A stretch of DNA of 60,804 nucleotides from a virus (lineage: Duplodnaviria; Caudoviricetes). This document shows, piece by piece, positions 33,582 to 44,256 of this stretch. Under the pieces are notes generated by a model that saw nothing but the letters and a program-made list of their open reading frames with translations, ran no database searches and had not been told where the DNA came from. The position numbers were made by a program, and so were the translations under genes. The stretch's first letter is position 1. Each line of letters opens with the position of its first letter. The DNA lies in the IMG/VR virus record IMGVR_UViG_3300036760_000364, positions 1 through 60,804 of that record. The stretch is one strand, 5' to 3'.

Positions 33582-34585
33582 TGCCAATAACGGGTCAACC
33601 ACGAGATAAAGAGGTTGTTTTAGACTACAGGTTTGTTACAGGGCTTGAAAAGGTCAAAGATCCCTCCAGAGTTGTGGCAACCACTCCTGAAGGGGGTGTA
33701 TCGCCCGTGTATGGCCTTCTAACGGCTCAAAACGTGGATGTTAGTGAAACAGGCTGGCTATCCCGCAGACCGGGGCAAAAAGCCCTTATAAGTGGTTCTC
33801 CGCATAGTATTGCAGCCTGGGAGGACATCTGTTTGTATGCGGAAGGAGTCAACTTAAAGCGTTTGCTTGAAGATTTTTCCACCACAATTACACTTTTTAG
33901 CGGGTTAAGTAGTGGAAATCCGGTTTCATACTGTAAAATCGGGAATGAAATCTATTTTAGTGATGGCGTTACTATTGGAAAAGTCGTAAATGGCACTTAT
34001 TCCGCCCTTCCATCCATAACATTTGGTGTCAGCAAGACCATAACAGTTAATCATTTGCTTACGACTCGTATGACAACCCCTGCTGGGCAGTTTCTTGAGC
34101 GTTATAAGACTCGAATGATGGTTGCAAGTGGGGATAATCTATGGCTTACAGATCCTGGATCGTTTCATCGTGTCCACAAAAAATCCGGTTTTATTCAAAT
34201 GCAGGGGCATATTTCAATGCTTAAAGCAGTACAGGATGGCTTTTTTATAGCAGATGCTTTAGGAATTTACTTCGTCCAGGGGGATTATTTTAAGGTTTTC
34301 AAATGGAATCATAAAGAATCATATAAAGCAATTGCTTATGCGGTATCGAGTCTTATCGCCCATTCCCGAATTGGCGGGGAGATTCCTCCCGGAAAGTATT
34401 TCTTTTTCCTGACGGAACACGGGGTATGTATTGGTGGGGATGGCGGGTACTTTAAGAATCTCACCGAGCGCAAATACCCAGCGATTTCAGCAAAACAGGG
34501 CTGTGCTCTCTTTCGTACAACTATAAAACAGGTTTTTGGGCAGCAACGGTCGATTGACCAAGTTATCTTCGCTACAGAAGATTAA
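33581..34585 (+). CDS. Tail nozzle / stabilisation-like protein
   Basis: AQNVDV...G.L.RRPG; beta-propeller-like; follows the adaptor. Confidence 0.6.
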   Translation: MPITGQPRDKEVVLDYRFVTGLEKVKDPSRVVATTPEGGVSPVYGLLTAQNVDVSETGWLSRRPGQKALISGSPHSIAAWEDICLYAEGVNLKRLLEDFSTTITLFSGLSSGNPVSYCKIGNEIYFSDGVTIGKVVNGTYSALPSITFGVSKTITVNHLLTTRMTTPAGQFLERYKTRMMVASGDNLWLTDPGSFHRVHKKSGFIQMQGHISMLKAVQDGFFIADALGIYFVQGDYFKVFKWNHKESYKAIAYAVSSLIAHSRIGGEIPPGKYFFFLTEHGVCIGGDGGYFKNLTERKYPAISAKQGCALFRTTIKQVFGQQRSIDQVIFATED

Positions 34586-34603
34586 TTAAAAGGAGGATGG
34601 GAA

Positions 34604-35356
34604 ATGTTTAGATATTCAACAGGGGCAGTAGAAAAAATGGCAGGACACCAGACCGTGAAAGAGATGTTTAATGACGGGGTGCTGGTGATTTACTCAGGGG
34701 CACAGCCGGCAACCGCAGATACAGCATACAACGGGATAGAGTTGTGCCGACTTGCTTATGGCGGGACGTTTGTTGCGGGTACGAAGTCAACACGGCAGGT
34801 GAGTACGGTAACCTGTACAGCCGGTACAGCCGCAGATAAGTATATCGTAGTCATCAATGGAACAGCCTATGAGTATGATATGGGTAGTGGGGACACCGCA
34901 ACAATTATCGCCACTGCACTTGCGGCGCTAATCGATGCCGATGATGCTGTTACAGCGGTCAACACGGCAGGTGTAATTGTGGTTAGAGCGAGATTTGGCG
35001 GGGTTGCTTTTACAATAGCCAATACGGGTTCTACGCAGCCAGCCAATGTTGTTATTGCAACTCCGACTGCAAATTCCCGTGCCGCTGGAATCCAGTTTGG
35101 TGCGGCTACTGCAGGAGTGCTGGCACAGGAATCAAACCCCTGGACAGGAACCGCAACTGCTGATGGAACCGCAGCCTGGTTTAGAATCTACGCCAATGCT
35201 GTCGATGCCGGTGGCGCATCTACGACTCTTCCACGAATTGACGGCAATATATCGACAACTTCAGGCGATATGATCTTGAGAACCCTCAACATCATAACTG
35301 GCGATCCACTTTCAATTAGTGGCTCTTCAATAACCTTCCCGACAGTCAGGACGTAA
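34604..35356 (+). CDS. Virion structural protein
   Basis: IYSGAQPATAD...GTAAWFR...RIDG motif. Confidence 0.7.
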   Translation: MFRYSTGAVEKMAGHQTVKEMFNDGVLVIYSGAQPATADTAYNGIELCRLAYGGTFVAGTKSTRQVSTVTCTAGTAADKYIVVINGTAYEYDMGSGDTATIIATALAALIDADDAVTAVNTAGVIVVRARFGGVAFTIANTGSTQPANVVIATPTANSRAAGIQFGAATAGVLAQESNPWTGTATADGTAAWFRIYANAVDAGGASTTLPRIDGNISTTSGDMILRTLNIITGDPLSISGSSITFPTVRT

Positions 35357-35370
35357 CCATCGCCCGTGTA

Positions 35371-37026
35371 ATGCTCAGCGGCGACAAGTTTGGTGCGGGC
35401 CACCTAATAGCCCGTGGATACCAGCTTCTTGCCCAAATGAAGAATCAAATGAGCCTTGGGGGGCTTCGGGTCAGTCAGAACTATATAAACTTTATGACTG
35501 ATACCGGAGTCCCCGGATACATTATGCTCAGGTCGAATCAGAATCTCGGAGCGGCGCTGGCACTGGATGAGATTGAGATTTATTATCCGCCGGTTATTAC
35601 ACCACAGGAAGAAGTTATCGCTGGCGGATTATTGTATCTAATCACCATTGCAAATCCTGAATGGTACGAGGAAGGAATGGTTTCCAACGAAGACGTTGAC
35701 CATCTGCCATTATGGAAAATGTATACCTATACTGTTTCTGTTTCAAATAATAAAGTGTACCTCCAACCTTCGACATTACAACTGCAGTGGGATTTATCTG
35801 ATGAATATGGTTTGCAACTTGTTATGCAGGAGGCGGCATCCCGGCATTATGGGGTGCTTTCAACTCGATTCTCTCAAAAAGAGGAAATTGGTTCCATAAA
35901 TCCACTTGCCTGTATGGTTGGATGGAGCATTTATGATCCAGGTATACCTGATTGGAATAACTGGTGGGGGGAGACACAGGTTTATGGCGGACTCGGAGGA
36001 ATTGTTGGATCTAATATGGCTAAGAAGTCTCCAATATCAAAGCTCGATACCAGCCTGAGTGCCAGAAAAAACTATGATGTTGTTGGAGACACTCTGTATA
36101 CCGACTTACGATTTGTGAGAACGCAAAGTGATGCCTTATTCTATCCTCCTCCTAACAGCGGGAATCCCGGAGTGGCGTATTTCAGGGGGATCAAAGAAGC
36201 GTGTAATCCCACCTGGAGATATGTGTATAACTTTAAACTGGATTCCATAGATTCTAATAATAATCATAGTTTAATAGATATAGGAACTGACCAGAATAAC
36301 GGGTTACATGCAGACTATGATAACTGGACATATTTTGTACCCATTATTGCAGTTGCACATGACAAGGCCCTTTATAGGAAGGTTAACCGAACGGCTTCAG
36401 GAGATACTTGTTGGTCAGCAACAATTCATGAAGAACTGAATATCGGGATCGATACTGGACATAAAAATATAGAATCTATTACGCTCACAGAAGGCTTTAA
36501 TCTCACCTCAACGAGTATAGAAGGCCCAGATGAGGTTACATCCGGTACTTCTGCTGACCCAATGATAATCGGTTATGGTCTTGCCGGATGTTCTCAAAGT
36601 GACCAGGCTTGGACAGTCTCAGGTACAGGCGTTACGGTGGATCCAAAAACCGGTGCGGTAACTCTCATTGATGCCTGTGGAACCTTTACAATAACCGGAA
36701 GGTGTATCTCTTGTGGGATTTCCGCAAGTCTTCGGGTAAGGGTTACTTCAGGGCACTGGAATTATACTCCACTTGAAAACTGTGTTGCAACCGGAGTGCA
36801 CGACTGCTTTCCTACTGGAGAGTATTTTGTTTGCTATGTCGGCGGATATAGATATGATCTAGGCACGGATATTTGTTACAGTGATGGGGAAAAAGGTTGT
36901 GCTGGAGTTGGTTTTGACTGTGGGGAATTTCCTCCTTGCGGCTATTATTGTGATGACCTGGGCAGCCCTCCAGGTTATCAAGTAGGGACTGTTGTAGGCT
37001 GGACTAAAAAGGACTGGGTGTGTTAA
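35371..37026 (+). CDS. Tail-associated protein with Ig-like and Cys-rich C-terminus
   Basis: Position; WTVSGTGVTVD..TG.VT; about 14 Cys in the last ~150 aa. Confidence 0.6.
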   Translation: MLSGDKFGAGHLIARGYQLLAQMKNQMSLGGLRVSQNYINFMTDTGVPGYIMLRSNQNLGAALALDEIEIYYPPVITPQEEVIAGGLLYLITIANPEWYEEGMVSNEDVDHLPLWKMYTYTVSVSNNKVYLQPSTLQLQWDLSDEYGLQLVMQEAASRHYGVLSTRFSQKEEIGSINPLACMVGWSIYDPGIPDWNNWWGETQVYGGLGGIVGSNMAKKSPISKLDTSLSARKNYDVVGDTLYTDLRFVRTQSDALFYPPPNSGNPGVAYFRGIKEACNPTWRYVYNFKLDSIDSNNNHSLIDIGTDQNNGLHADYDNWTYFVPIIAVAHDKALYRKVNRTASGDTCWSATIHEELNIGIDTGHKNIESITLTEGFNLTSTSIEGPDEVTSGTSADPMIIGYGLAGCSQSDQAWTVSGTGVTVDPKTGAVTLIDACGTFTITGRCISCGISASLRVRVTSGHWNYTPLENCVATGVHDCFPTGEYFVCYVGGYRYDLGTDICYSDGEKGCAGVGFDCGEFPPCGYYCDDLGSPPGYQVGTVVGWTKKDWVC

Positions 37027-37385
37027 TGCGAATTGAACACTGGAAACCTCTCAAAGCTCTCGAAGGGGATGAATTACCTGATACTGAGTACCGGCTTTAT
37101 AATGGCGAAATTCAAATGCTTGTTTCCAGAAAAGACTTTCCAGAAGGAAGTCAAGAAACTCAGGCAATGCACAGAATGTTGGGCCTTATTCCACCGGGTA
37201 GTCTGTCCAAGCAGAAATGCAAAAAATGCGCCTCCCCGATGCAAGTTTATCCTGTTCCTCAATGTAAAAAAGCAAACCCGCTTGGGTGGAAAGTAAGATT
37301 AGAGTGCCCAGGTTGTGGGGCTGAAGCTTATTCAAAAAATACTATTAATGAGGTAATGAGTGGAAACGCTATACTCTGTGGGTGA
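37026..37385 (+). CDS. Zn-ribbon protein
   Basis: CKKC...C...CPGCG. Confidence 0.65.
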   Translation: MRIEHWKPLKALEGDELPDTEYRLYNGEIQMLVSRKDFPEGSQETQAMHRMLGLIPPGSLSKQKCKKCASPMQVYPVPQCKKANPLGWKVRLECPGCGAEAYSKNTINEVMSGNAILCG

Positions 37386-37980
37386 ATCTTCGTCGGGGGG
37401 TTACAGGCTCGGTGTAATGATGGCCGATAATCTTAATACCGACAACACCATGATTGTTTTTTTTAATTATACAGAATATTCCATGTCTGGCAGTTATAGT
37501 GTTCCTACGGATGTCGGAAATAATCAGACAGTCGGCACAAAAAGCATTACAGCAACCACGAAATACTATATGGCGTATAAGATAATGAATTCGGAATGGC
37601 GAATTGTTTTCTTGGCCTCCGCTACAAGTCATTCTGCCTACAATTATAAATATATTATAGATATCCCCTTTAAATTCGTTAGAACCGAATTCATAAAAAC
37701 CACCTATTCTGGAAATGCCCTGGATGCAGTATCATGCCAAATAACAGGCGATTTTATTGTTTATACGTATAGAATTTTAAAAACTCTTGTGAATATACAA
37801 ATATTCCCTGGAGTAAAAGATAGAGTTGTCGGGGTGATTCATATTCCAACACAGGCACAGGGGGAGTTTCATTCCCGTGGGGAGAATGATGCCGACGATT
37901 TGAAGATAACAGATGAATCTCCACTTTTAAGCGGGGAACAAAGATGGAAACTTTTAACCGCAATTGGAATAATAGAATAG
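37360..37980 (+). CDS. Tail-associated hypothetical protein
   Basis: GTG start with GAGG RBS; beta-rich. Confidence 0.65.
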   Translation: METLYSVGESSSGGYRLGVMMADNLNTDNTMIVFFNYTEYSMSGSYSVPTDVGNNQTVGTKSITATTKYYMAYKIMNSEWRIVFLASATSHSAYNYKYIIDIPFKFVRTEFIKTTYSGNALDAVSCQITGDFIVYTYRILKTLVNIQIFPGVKDRVVGVIHIPTQAQGEFHSRGENDADDLKITDESPLLSGEQRWKLLTAIGIIE

Positions 37981-37993
37981 GGGAGGTATTAGT

Positions 37994-38395
37994 ATGGCAA
38001 ACGTTTTATATGATAAAGCACGAACAGCCTTTGCTGTTGCGCAGCTTAACTGGACTTCAGACACTATCAAAGTAGCTCTGGTTACAAGTGGGTATACTGT
38101 AAATTTGTCCACACATCAATATGTGTCGGATTTGGGAGCAAATATCGTGGCTCGCTCAACTTTGTTGCTTACTCCAACTGTTACAGCGGGTATAGTTGAT
38201 GCCGCAGATATTACAATCCCGGCTGTAACCGGAAGTACAATTGCCTATCTGGTTATTTATAAAGATACCGGAAATGATGCGTCATCTCCGCTTATCGCAT
38301 ATCTGGATACTGTAACCGGACTTCCTATGGCTCCTGCCGGTGGGGATATAATAATTTCTTGGGATAACACAACAAATAAAATATTCAAATTATAA
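37994..38395 (+). CDS. Conserved virion protein
   Basis: MAN.LYDK...W.SDTIK..LV...YKDTG....SPLIAY.D...GLP..P.GGDI...WD....KIFKL. Confidence 0.75.
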   Translation: MANVLYDKARTAFAVAQLNWTSDTIKVALVTSGYTVNLSTHQYVSDLGANIVARSTLLLTPTVTAGIVDAADITIPAVTGSTIAYLVIYKDTGNDASSPLIAYLDTVTGLPMAPAGGDIIISWDNTTNKIFKL

Positions 38396-38414
38396 CAGAA
38401 GGAGGAGGAAATAA

Positions 38415-38918
38415 ATGTCTACGTTAAAACAAAATCTTGGAACATCTAATGCTCTTACAGTAACAAATCTTGCAAACCTTGCAAGCTCCGCAACGGCTGG
38501 TTGGAAATCCGCACTTGTGGATAATACCACAACGCTGGCATTAGATTACCAGTTGAGTATCATGCTGCCAATGGCAAACACCGCACCGGCGAATGACAAA
38601 CTTGTTTATGTGTATCTTTATGGAGCTTTCTATGATGGAAGTTACTGGAGATACACAGATGGCGGAACCGCAACACCAATCGATGGAACTGAGGGAACAT
38701 ACACCATTGCAAATCCGAACGATCTTATCCTGTTTGCCTCCTTGAATTACACAACTCAATATATGACACTCAATATGGGAGGCCGCTATATTGCACGCGC
38801 CTTCGGTGGAAGGATGCCTGATGGCTGGGGCATTGTTGTTGTGAATTACTCCGGTGCAGCGTTGGCTGCATCAGGACATCAAATTGCTTATAAAGCTCTT
38901 ACGGAGACAATCAGCTAA
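38415..38918 (+). CDS. Virion structural protein
   Basis: LASSATAGW.S..VDN...FGG.MP..WGIVV.N.SG.AL. Confidence 0.7.
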   Translation: MSTLKQNLGTSNALTVTNLANLASSATAGWKSALVDNTTTLALDYQLSIMLPMANTAPANDKLVYVYLYGAFYDGSYWRYTDGGTATPIDGTEGTYTIANPNDLILFASLNYTTQYMTLNMGGRYIARAFGGRMPDGWGIVVVNYSGAALAASGHQIAYKALTETIS

Positions 38919-40840
38919 TGTCACAATTACTTCCATTTGGTATTCATAAACCGTCTCAGGGTTACCGGCTCGATCCGGGTAATCCCCTAAGCAAGGGATT
39001 GGTATGGGCGTATCTGTTTAATGAGGGTGGAGGAAAACCACAGGATTTAGTAAAGAATCGTGTAGGTACGTTGAATGGCACTATTTCGTGGACACGTCAG
39101 GCTTCGGGAAAATGTCTTGAAATCACCTCCGTAGCAACAACTAATTATGTGAACCTGGGGCTGTTTCCGGCAAGCTGGTATTCCGGCCAGGGAGAATGTA
39201 CTATAGTTTGTGGCTATCGTAAGACGGATGCTACTGCAAGAGCGGCTGGAGTATGTGCCGACTCTTATGCGGGAGCGACTCAGCGGCTACTGTTTGCTGC
39301 CCCTTGGAGTGATGGAATTACCTATTGGGAGTTTGGGAATTCTACTGAAGGATCAGGAACGCTATCTGTTTCCGGTTTAACCTTCGGAAATGATATTTGG
39401 GTAACTATAGCAAGCACAAAAAACGGTGGCAGAAGAGAAATCTGGCAAAATGGCGTTTTGCGAGGAAGTAATACAGGAAATGCTGTATTTACCCCGTATA
39501 GTTCCAGTGTCTATTTTGAGCTCGGGGGAGATGCCAGCCTAGGCGCTTCTTCAGATTTAGCCCAATATACATTTTTCTATGTGTATAATCGAGCATTAAG
39601 CCCAAATGAAATCCAATCAATATCGACTAACCCGTATCAAATAGTTCAAGCTCCCTACGAAGAATGGATGCCCTATCCGCCTGTTACGCTTCTTCCAACA
39701 GGCATTACAAGTGCAGAGGCTTTTGGAACACCTTTATCACAAGTACAAATTCACCCGACAGGGATTGTTTCTTCTGAGGTATTTGGCACACCTGGTGTCA
39801 TTCAACAGGTTTCAGGGGAGTTTCATCTTGAATCCCCCGTCCCTACAATATCGGGTGAACTGGAACTTTACAACCATGGCCTGATTACCATCACAGCCCC
39901 GATAGTTGAGATGTCGTGTGAGGCCATCCTTACAAATCGTGGAATCATCACGGTAATATCTCCCATGGCCTCCATCGATATAAGCGGCGGGGATAAGTTT
40001 GCGGTTGTGTCACCAATGTCCATATTTGAAGGGGCCTTGTTGTTGACAAACCGTGGTACAATTACAGCTACCTCTCCTATCACAATCGGTAATTTTATTG
40101 GAACTGCCCCGATTTATGGGACTATCACAGCAGTCTCCCCAATGTCAACAGTTTTAATGCAGACCCGTCTGACCAACCGTGGAGCTATAACTGTCGCTTC
40201 CCCAATTGCGATCTTTGCCATTAATGGACTTTACACAAATTGGGGTGCATTTACGGTTGATGCCCCCGTACCCACAATCGATATTCCCGCAACAATAACA
40301 GTTCAAGGTCAAATTGTTGCAGTAGCTCCAATGTCCTACATGAATATCATCGGAATCAGTCTATCGCACACAGGTGTTTTAACGCTTGTTATCAATACCG
40401 AGAATTTTGCATTGAGTGAATATTCAAATTATGCTTTCAACAGCTTTACACATTTCAATGGGAAGGATATCGGTTGTAAGTCTGATGGAATTTACGAGCT
40501 TGCCGGTAATGATGATAATGGAATCGGTATTTCGGCCCTTGTAAGATTCCCGACAGTCGATCTGGAGGAAAACCTTGCCAAACGCCTTAAGGAACTTATC
40601 TATACAGGGCGCAACTCAGGAATACTCGTATTCAAGGTCATTGAAAACGAAAATACTACCGGAGCTTATTCATACAACACCGAGCTCGCCACCTCCACGA
40701 TTCACTGGGAACGCATCAAAACCGGTAAGGGACGCAGGAGCCGATTTGTAACAGTAGAACTATCCAACTTCAACGGTTGTGATTTTGATATAAACAGTCT
40801 GCGTGGATTGGCTGATCCAATCCCACAGAAGAGGAGATAA
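38918..40840 (+). CDS. LamG/concanavalin-A-like tail fibre protein
   Basis: GLV.AYLFNEG.G and YNRALS.NEI; ~19-aa repeats; C-terminal SEY.NY.FNS domain. Confidence 0.75.
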   Translation: MSQLLPFGIHKPSQGYRLDPGNPLSKGLVWAYLFNEGGGKPQDLVKNRVGTLNGTISWTRQASGKCLEITSVATTNYVNLGLFPASWYSGQGECTIVCGYRKTDATARAAGVCADSYAGATQRLLFAAPWSDGITYWEFGNSTEGSGTLSVSGLTFGNDIWVTIASTKNGGRREIWQNGVLRGSNTGNAVFTPYSSSVYFELGGDASLGASSDLAQYTFFYVYNRALSPNEIQSISTNPYQIVQAPYEEWMPYPPVTLLPTGITSAEAFGTPLSQVQIHPTGIVSSEVFGTPGVIQQVSGEFHLESPVPTISGELELYNHGLITITAPIVEMSCEAILTNRGIITVISPMASIDISGGDKFAVVSPMSIFEGALLLTNRGTITATSPITIGNFIGTAPIYGTITAVSPMSTVLMQTRLTNRGAITVASPIAIFAINGLYTNWGAFTVDAPVPTIDIPATITVQGQIVAVAPMSYMNIIGISLSHTGVLTLVINTENFALSEYSNYAFNSFTHFNGKDIGCKSDGIYELAGNDDNGIGISALVRFPTVDLEENLAKRLKELIYTGRNSGILVFKVIENENTTGAYSYNTELATSTIHWERIKTGKGRRSRFVTVELSNFNGCDFDINSLRGLADPIPQKRR

Positions 40841-40841
40841 C

Positions 40842-42992
40842 ATGGCAACAAATTATACCGGCGATGCTGTTCCAACAAAAACTCTTATTCAGGAGCGAAT
40901 ACAGGATGTTAATGACGTTTTGGCCTCTGCTTTAACAGGGCTTGCGACCTTTGTAACAAATCTTTCAAATATTATAGGAAGTACACATCTTCCGTATGTT
41001 ACACCACAACAAAATGCATTTGTGCCCGCAACTATTAAAGTTGATCCAGGTGAAACACCTAAAATGAGCCCTCTTGATCATACTGGTTATCATCCAGAGC
41101 GGGGAAGCGTCAATACTTCTATGGCTCCTTTATCCCCACAGGCAACGATAGATGGTTTAGTTACCCAATTAGAAACTACAACCGACCGGGGTATTATTGT
41201 GGATCCTGCTCGAATTGACCCGCCTACAACAATCCCGCCTGATTTTACGACAGAACCAACACCTCCTATACCACCTACAACACCAGTACCATTTACAGAA
41301 GAACCTCCTGTAAAGCCGGAACTTGATCCTGTTGTCCCAGATAAAGTAACTGACCCCGTACTTCCACCTCTTCCAATATTCCCTCCACCTCAATGGCCTG
41401 AGCGAATACCGATTAATACCACAATAACCTTTACAGGAATTCCCCCGCAACCCTTAACAGACAAATCACAATACATTGTCCCGTACAGCTATAACGATCC
41501 CGCAGAAAACTACACATCGGCTTTATTAAATGCAGTTAGAGCAAAACTATTACATGATGCCACCTATGGCGGAACAGGACTTGGGGCAACTATTGAAAAC
41601 GATATCTGGAACCGTAGTCTCGAACGGGATGAGCTTGCTTTATTTGAAGCCATCCAGAATACGATGGACACATGGGGAGCCTCAAACTTCCCGCTCCCAA
41701 ACGGGGTACTCGTCAGTGACATCGATGAGTTGAATGAGAAACACTATGATAATTTAATCGACCGCTCACGGGATGTGGCAATTAAACAGGCAGAGCTTGC
41801 CGATGCTAACACCAAATTTGCGGTTACTTCCGGGGTTCAAGTGGAGCAGATGTGGATAGCTCATCAGGATAACATTGCAGCCCGAGCTCTCGAATCCGCA
41901 AGAAACACTGTTGAAATGGCCGTGGCCATATTTAAAGCACATGTTGATTACTATAATTCGCAACTTGACCTTTATAAAGCAGAAGCGGAGGTCTATAAAA
42001 CCAAAATTAGCGCTGAGATGTTGAAGGTTGAAATCTACCGGAACGAGCTTGAAACCGTAAAAACTCAGGTCGAGATCAATAAGGCGGATGTGGAACTGTA
42101 CAACGCACAAATTGCCGGAATCGAAGCACAGATTAAAGTCTACAATATTCGGCTCGAACAGAATAAATTACAGTTAGGGATTAATCAACTCCGCTCGGAG
42201 GTTTTTCGGACTCAGATCGAGGCATTCACGGCGTTGGTTAAAAACAAGGAAGCCGAGTATGGTTTATATAAAGCGGAATGGGAAGGTGAGATAGCAAAGA
42301 TTCAACTGTTCAGCGAACAGGTTAAGGCATATGCTGCCCAGGTTGAAGCGACTAAAATCAAGGCAGATATTGCCATTGCAGATATGCAGGCGGCCATTGA
42401 AACGAATAAGTACAATCTTGAGACCATGAAGGTAAGATTACAGAAATACGAGGCAGATGTCAGAGCCGCTTCCGCAAAAATCGATTCACTGGTTAAAGAG
42501 TACGAAGCGGATTCCAGAAACTTTGGGCTTTTCATAAGTGCATCTGAAGCGGATAACAGACTTGACCTTGAAAAAGCCCGTGTTACATCACAGGTAAGCA
42601 CAAGCATAAATGATGCCGTTACACGCAAATATGAAGCTGATGCCCGGGTGTATGCGGATATAATTCAGGAAGCCAAAGCAGATGCAGAAGTAGAGATGGA
42701 ACGTGCCAAGATTATCGAACAGACCAACAATGCCAATATTCAAGTTGCGCTTCAGGCAGCTATTCAAAACTTGCAATCATTTGTGAGTCTTGTAAATATC
42801 GATGTTGAGGCCGCTAAAGGGGGAGCACAGTATTATGCCCAACTTGCTGCTGCTGCAATGCAGGCAATTCATGCCACTATGCAGATTGGCGCAAGCTTCG
42901 GTGTAAGCGATACCACGCATGTTGGATATGGGTATAGCGGAACTTATCCTACTACAACTACCCTTCCAAATCCAATGCAAACAAGTCCGTAA
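40842..42992 (+). CDS. Pro-rich / coiled-coil virion protein
   Basis: GGTGL....E..IW.R..ER, FPLP.G, long heptad region. Confidence 0.7.
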   Translation: MATNYTGDAVPTKTLIQERIQDVNDVLASALTGLATFVTNLSNIIGSTHLPYVTPQQNAFVPATIKVDPGETPKMSPLDHTGYHPERGSVNTSMAPLSPQATIDGLVTQLETTTDRGIIVDPARIDPPTTIPPDFTTEPTPPIPPTTPVPFTEEPPVKPELDPVVPDKVTDPVLPPLPIFPPPQWPERIPINTTITFTGIPPQPLTDKSQYIVPYSYNDPAENYTSALLNAVRAKLLHDATYGGTGLGATIENDIWNRSLERDELALFEAIQNTMDTWGASNFPLPNGVLVSDIDELNEKHYDNLIDRSRDVAIKQAELADANTKFAVTSGVQVEQMWIAHQDNIAARALESARNTVEMAVAIFKAHVDYYNSQLDLYKAEAEVYKTKISAEMLKVEIYRNELETVKTQVEINKADVELYNAQIAGIEAQIKVYNIRLEQNKLQLGINQLRSEVFRTQIEAFTALVKNKEAEYGLYKAEWEGEIAKIQLFSEQVKAYAAQVEATKIKADIAIADMQAAIETNKYNLETMKVRLQKYEADVRAASAKIDSLVKEYEADSRNFGLFISASEADNRLDLEKARVTSQVSTSINDAVTRKYEADARVYADIIQEAKADAEVEMERAKIIEQTNNANIQVALQAAIQNLQSFVSLVNIDVEAAKGGAQYYAQLAAAAMQAIHATMQIGASFGVSDTTHVGYGYSGTYPTTTTLPNPMQTSP

Positions 42993-43005
42993 GGAGGATA
43001 TAGAT

Positions 43006-44256
43006 ATGGCAGATGATTATACAAACAACCCTGAATTAAACTCCTGGGTAAAGCAGTTTACTTCAAATTTTCCAGGCCCGACAAGTAAGCCACTTGTCAA
43101 TGTACCTTCAAGTCAGGGAGCAGTGCCACTGGTAACTTACACACCCGGAACTCCACCTGCAATCACAAAGATCTGGAAACCCGGAGGAGAGAGTGTCGAA
43201 AAAGCCGTTAATGCGGCGAATGCTTATACTAAATATAATGTACCGCCTGTTAGTTCTTCTGGGTATAACGTACCTTCAGTTAGCCCATTCGGATATGATG
43301 TAACACGAGGAATCCTTACCGGCCAGTGGCCTGCACCTGTGCCGCCTGCTATGAGTCCTCCATCACCTACTCCAGTGCCTACCACCTCTTCGTTCCCGCA
43401 GAATTACGCTGGTTATAAAGGAACCGTTACAGATGCAATGATGGCTGAGCGAAATCGGGCAACCGGATGGATTCCCTCAAACATCCCAAGGCCCAACACT
43501 CCTGAATACGCCACATGGTCAGCACAACAGGCCAAAGAAGATGCAAATCGCTGGAATGCGGTTGACCTATCGAGACTTGCAAGAGAACGGGAAGCCGCAA
43601 CAGCTTATGCCCGTCAGGTAATGGAAGCTGCAACTATGGCCGATATACAACACCGTGCCGACGTTGAGAGGTGGGAACGACAACCACATCTTTTTGCAAC
43701 GGAACTTGCTGCCGAGTATGCCGGACGACACCCCTCCTCACTGGCAGTTCCGGCAACAGCAGCATATCAAGCTGCTCTTGGTGGTGAGGAAGCAGCCACC
43801 GTAGCCCGTGCCAAGCTTCCCGGAGAACTGGGGATGAGTGAGGCAGAACTGGGCTACAAAAAATCCGAGATTGAAAAGAACAAAGCCTATGCAGACTGGC
43901 TGACAAAAGGAAGGGTGCAAGCGGCTCAAGCTGAACTTGAGCGCAAGAAACAGGTTCAGGCTGATAGAGCAGCAGCCGCAGAGGAAGCCGCACAGCAGAA
44001 AAGAATTAAAGCATATCAGGATTATGAGAAGAGTTGGGCTTCCGGGGAACATCTCTCAACCGAAAAAATGCTAACCCCGGAACAATGGCTTGCCCGCTAC
44101 GGGGCATTCTATAAACCCACATCTGCCGCTGTACCAAAACGTGGCGGGGATGAAACACTTAGTTCGGCAGCGGGAGCCCCTCCAGGAGCCGTACAGGGAG
44201 TTCAAATGCCCGATGGAACCATGAAATATTGGGATGCCCAAGGAAATGAACTATAA
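43006..44256 (+). CDS. Internal virion (ejection) protein
   Basis: AAGGAGG RBS; Pro/Ala-rich and helical; precedes the giant virion protein. Confidence 0.55.
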   Translation: MADDYTNNPELNSWVKQFTSNFPGPTSKPLVNVPSSQGAVPLVTYTPGTPPAITKIWKPGGESVEKAVNAANAYTKYNVPPVSSSGYNVPSVSPFGYDVTRGILTGQWPAPVPPAMSPPSPTPVPTTSSFPQNYAGYKGTVTDAMMAERNRATGWIPSNIPRPNTPEYATWSAQQAKEDANRWNAVDLSRLAREREAATAYARQVMEAATMADIQHRADVERWERQPHLFATELAAEYAGRHPSSLAVPATAAYQAALGGEEAATVARAKLPGELGMSEAELGYKKSEIEKNKAYADWLTKGRVQAAQAELERKKQVQADRAAAAEEAAQQKRIKAYQDYEKSWASGEHLSTEKMLTPEQWLARYGAFYKPTSAAVPKRGGDETLSSAAGAPPGAVQGVQMPDGTMKYWDAQGNEL

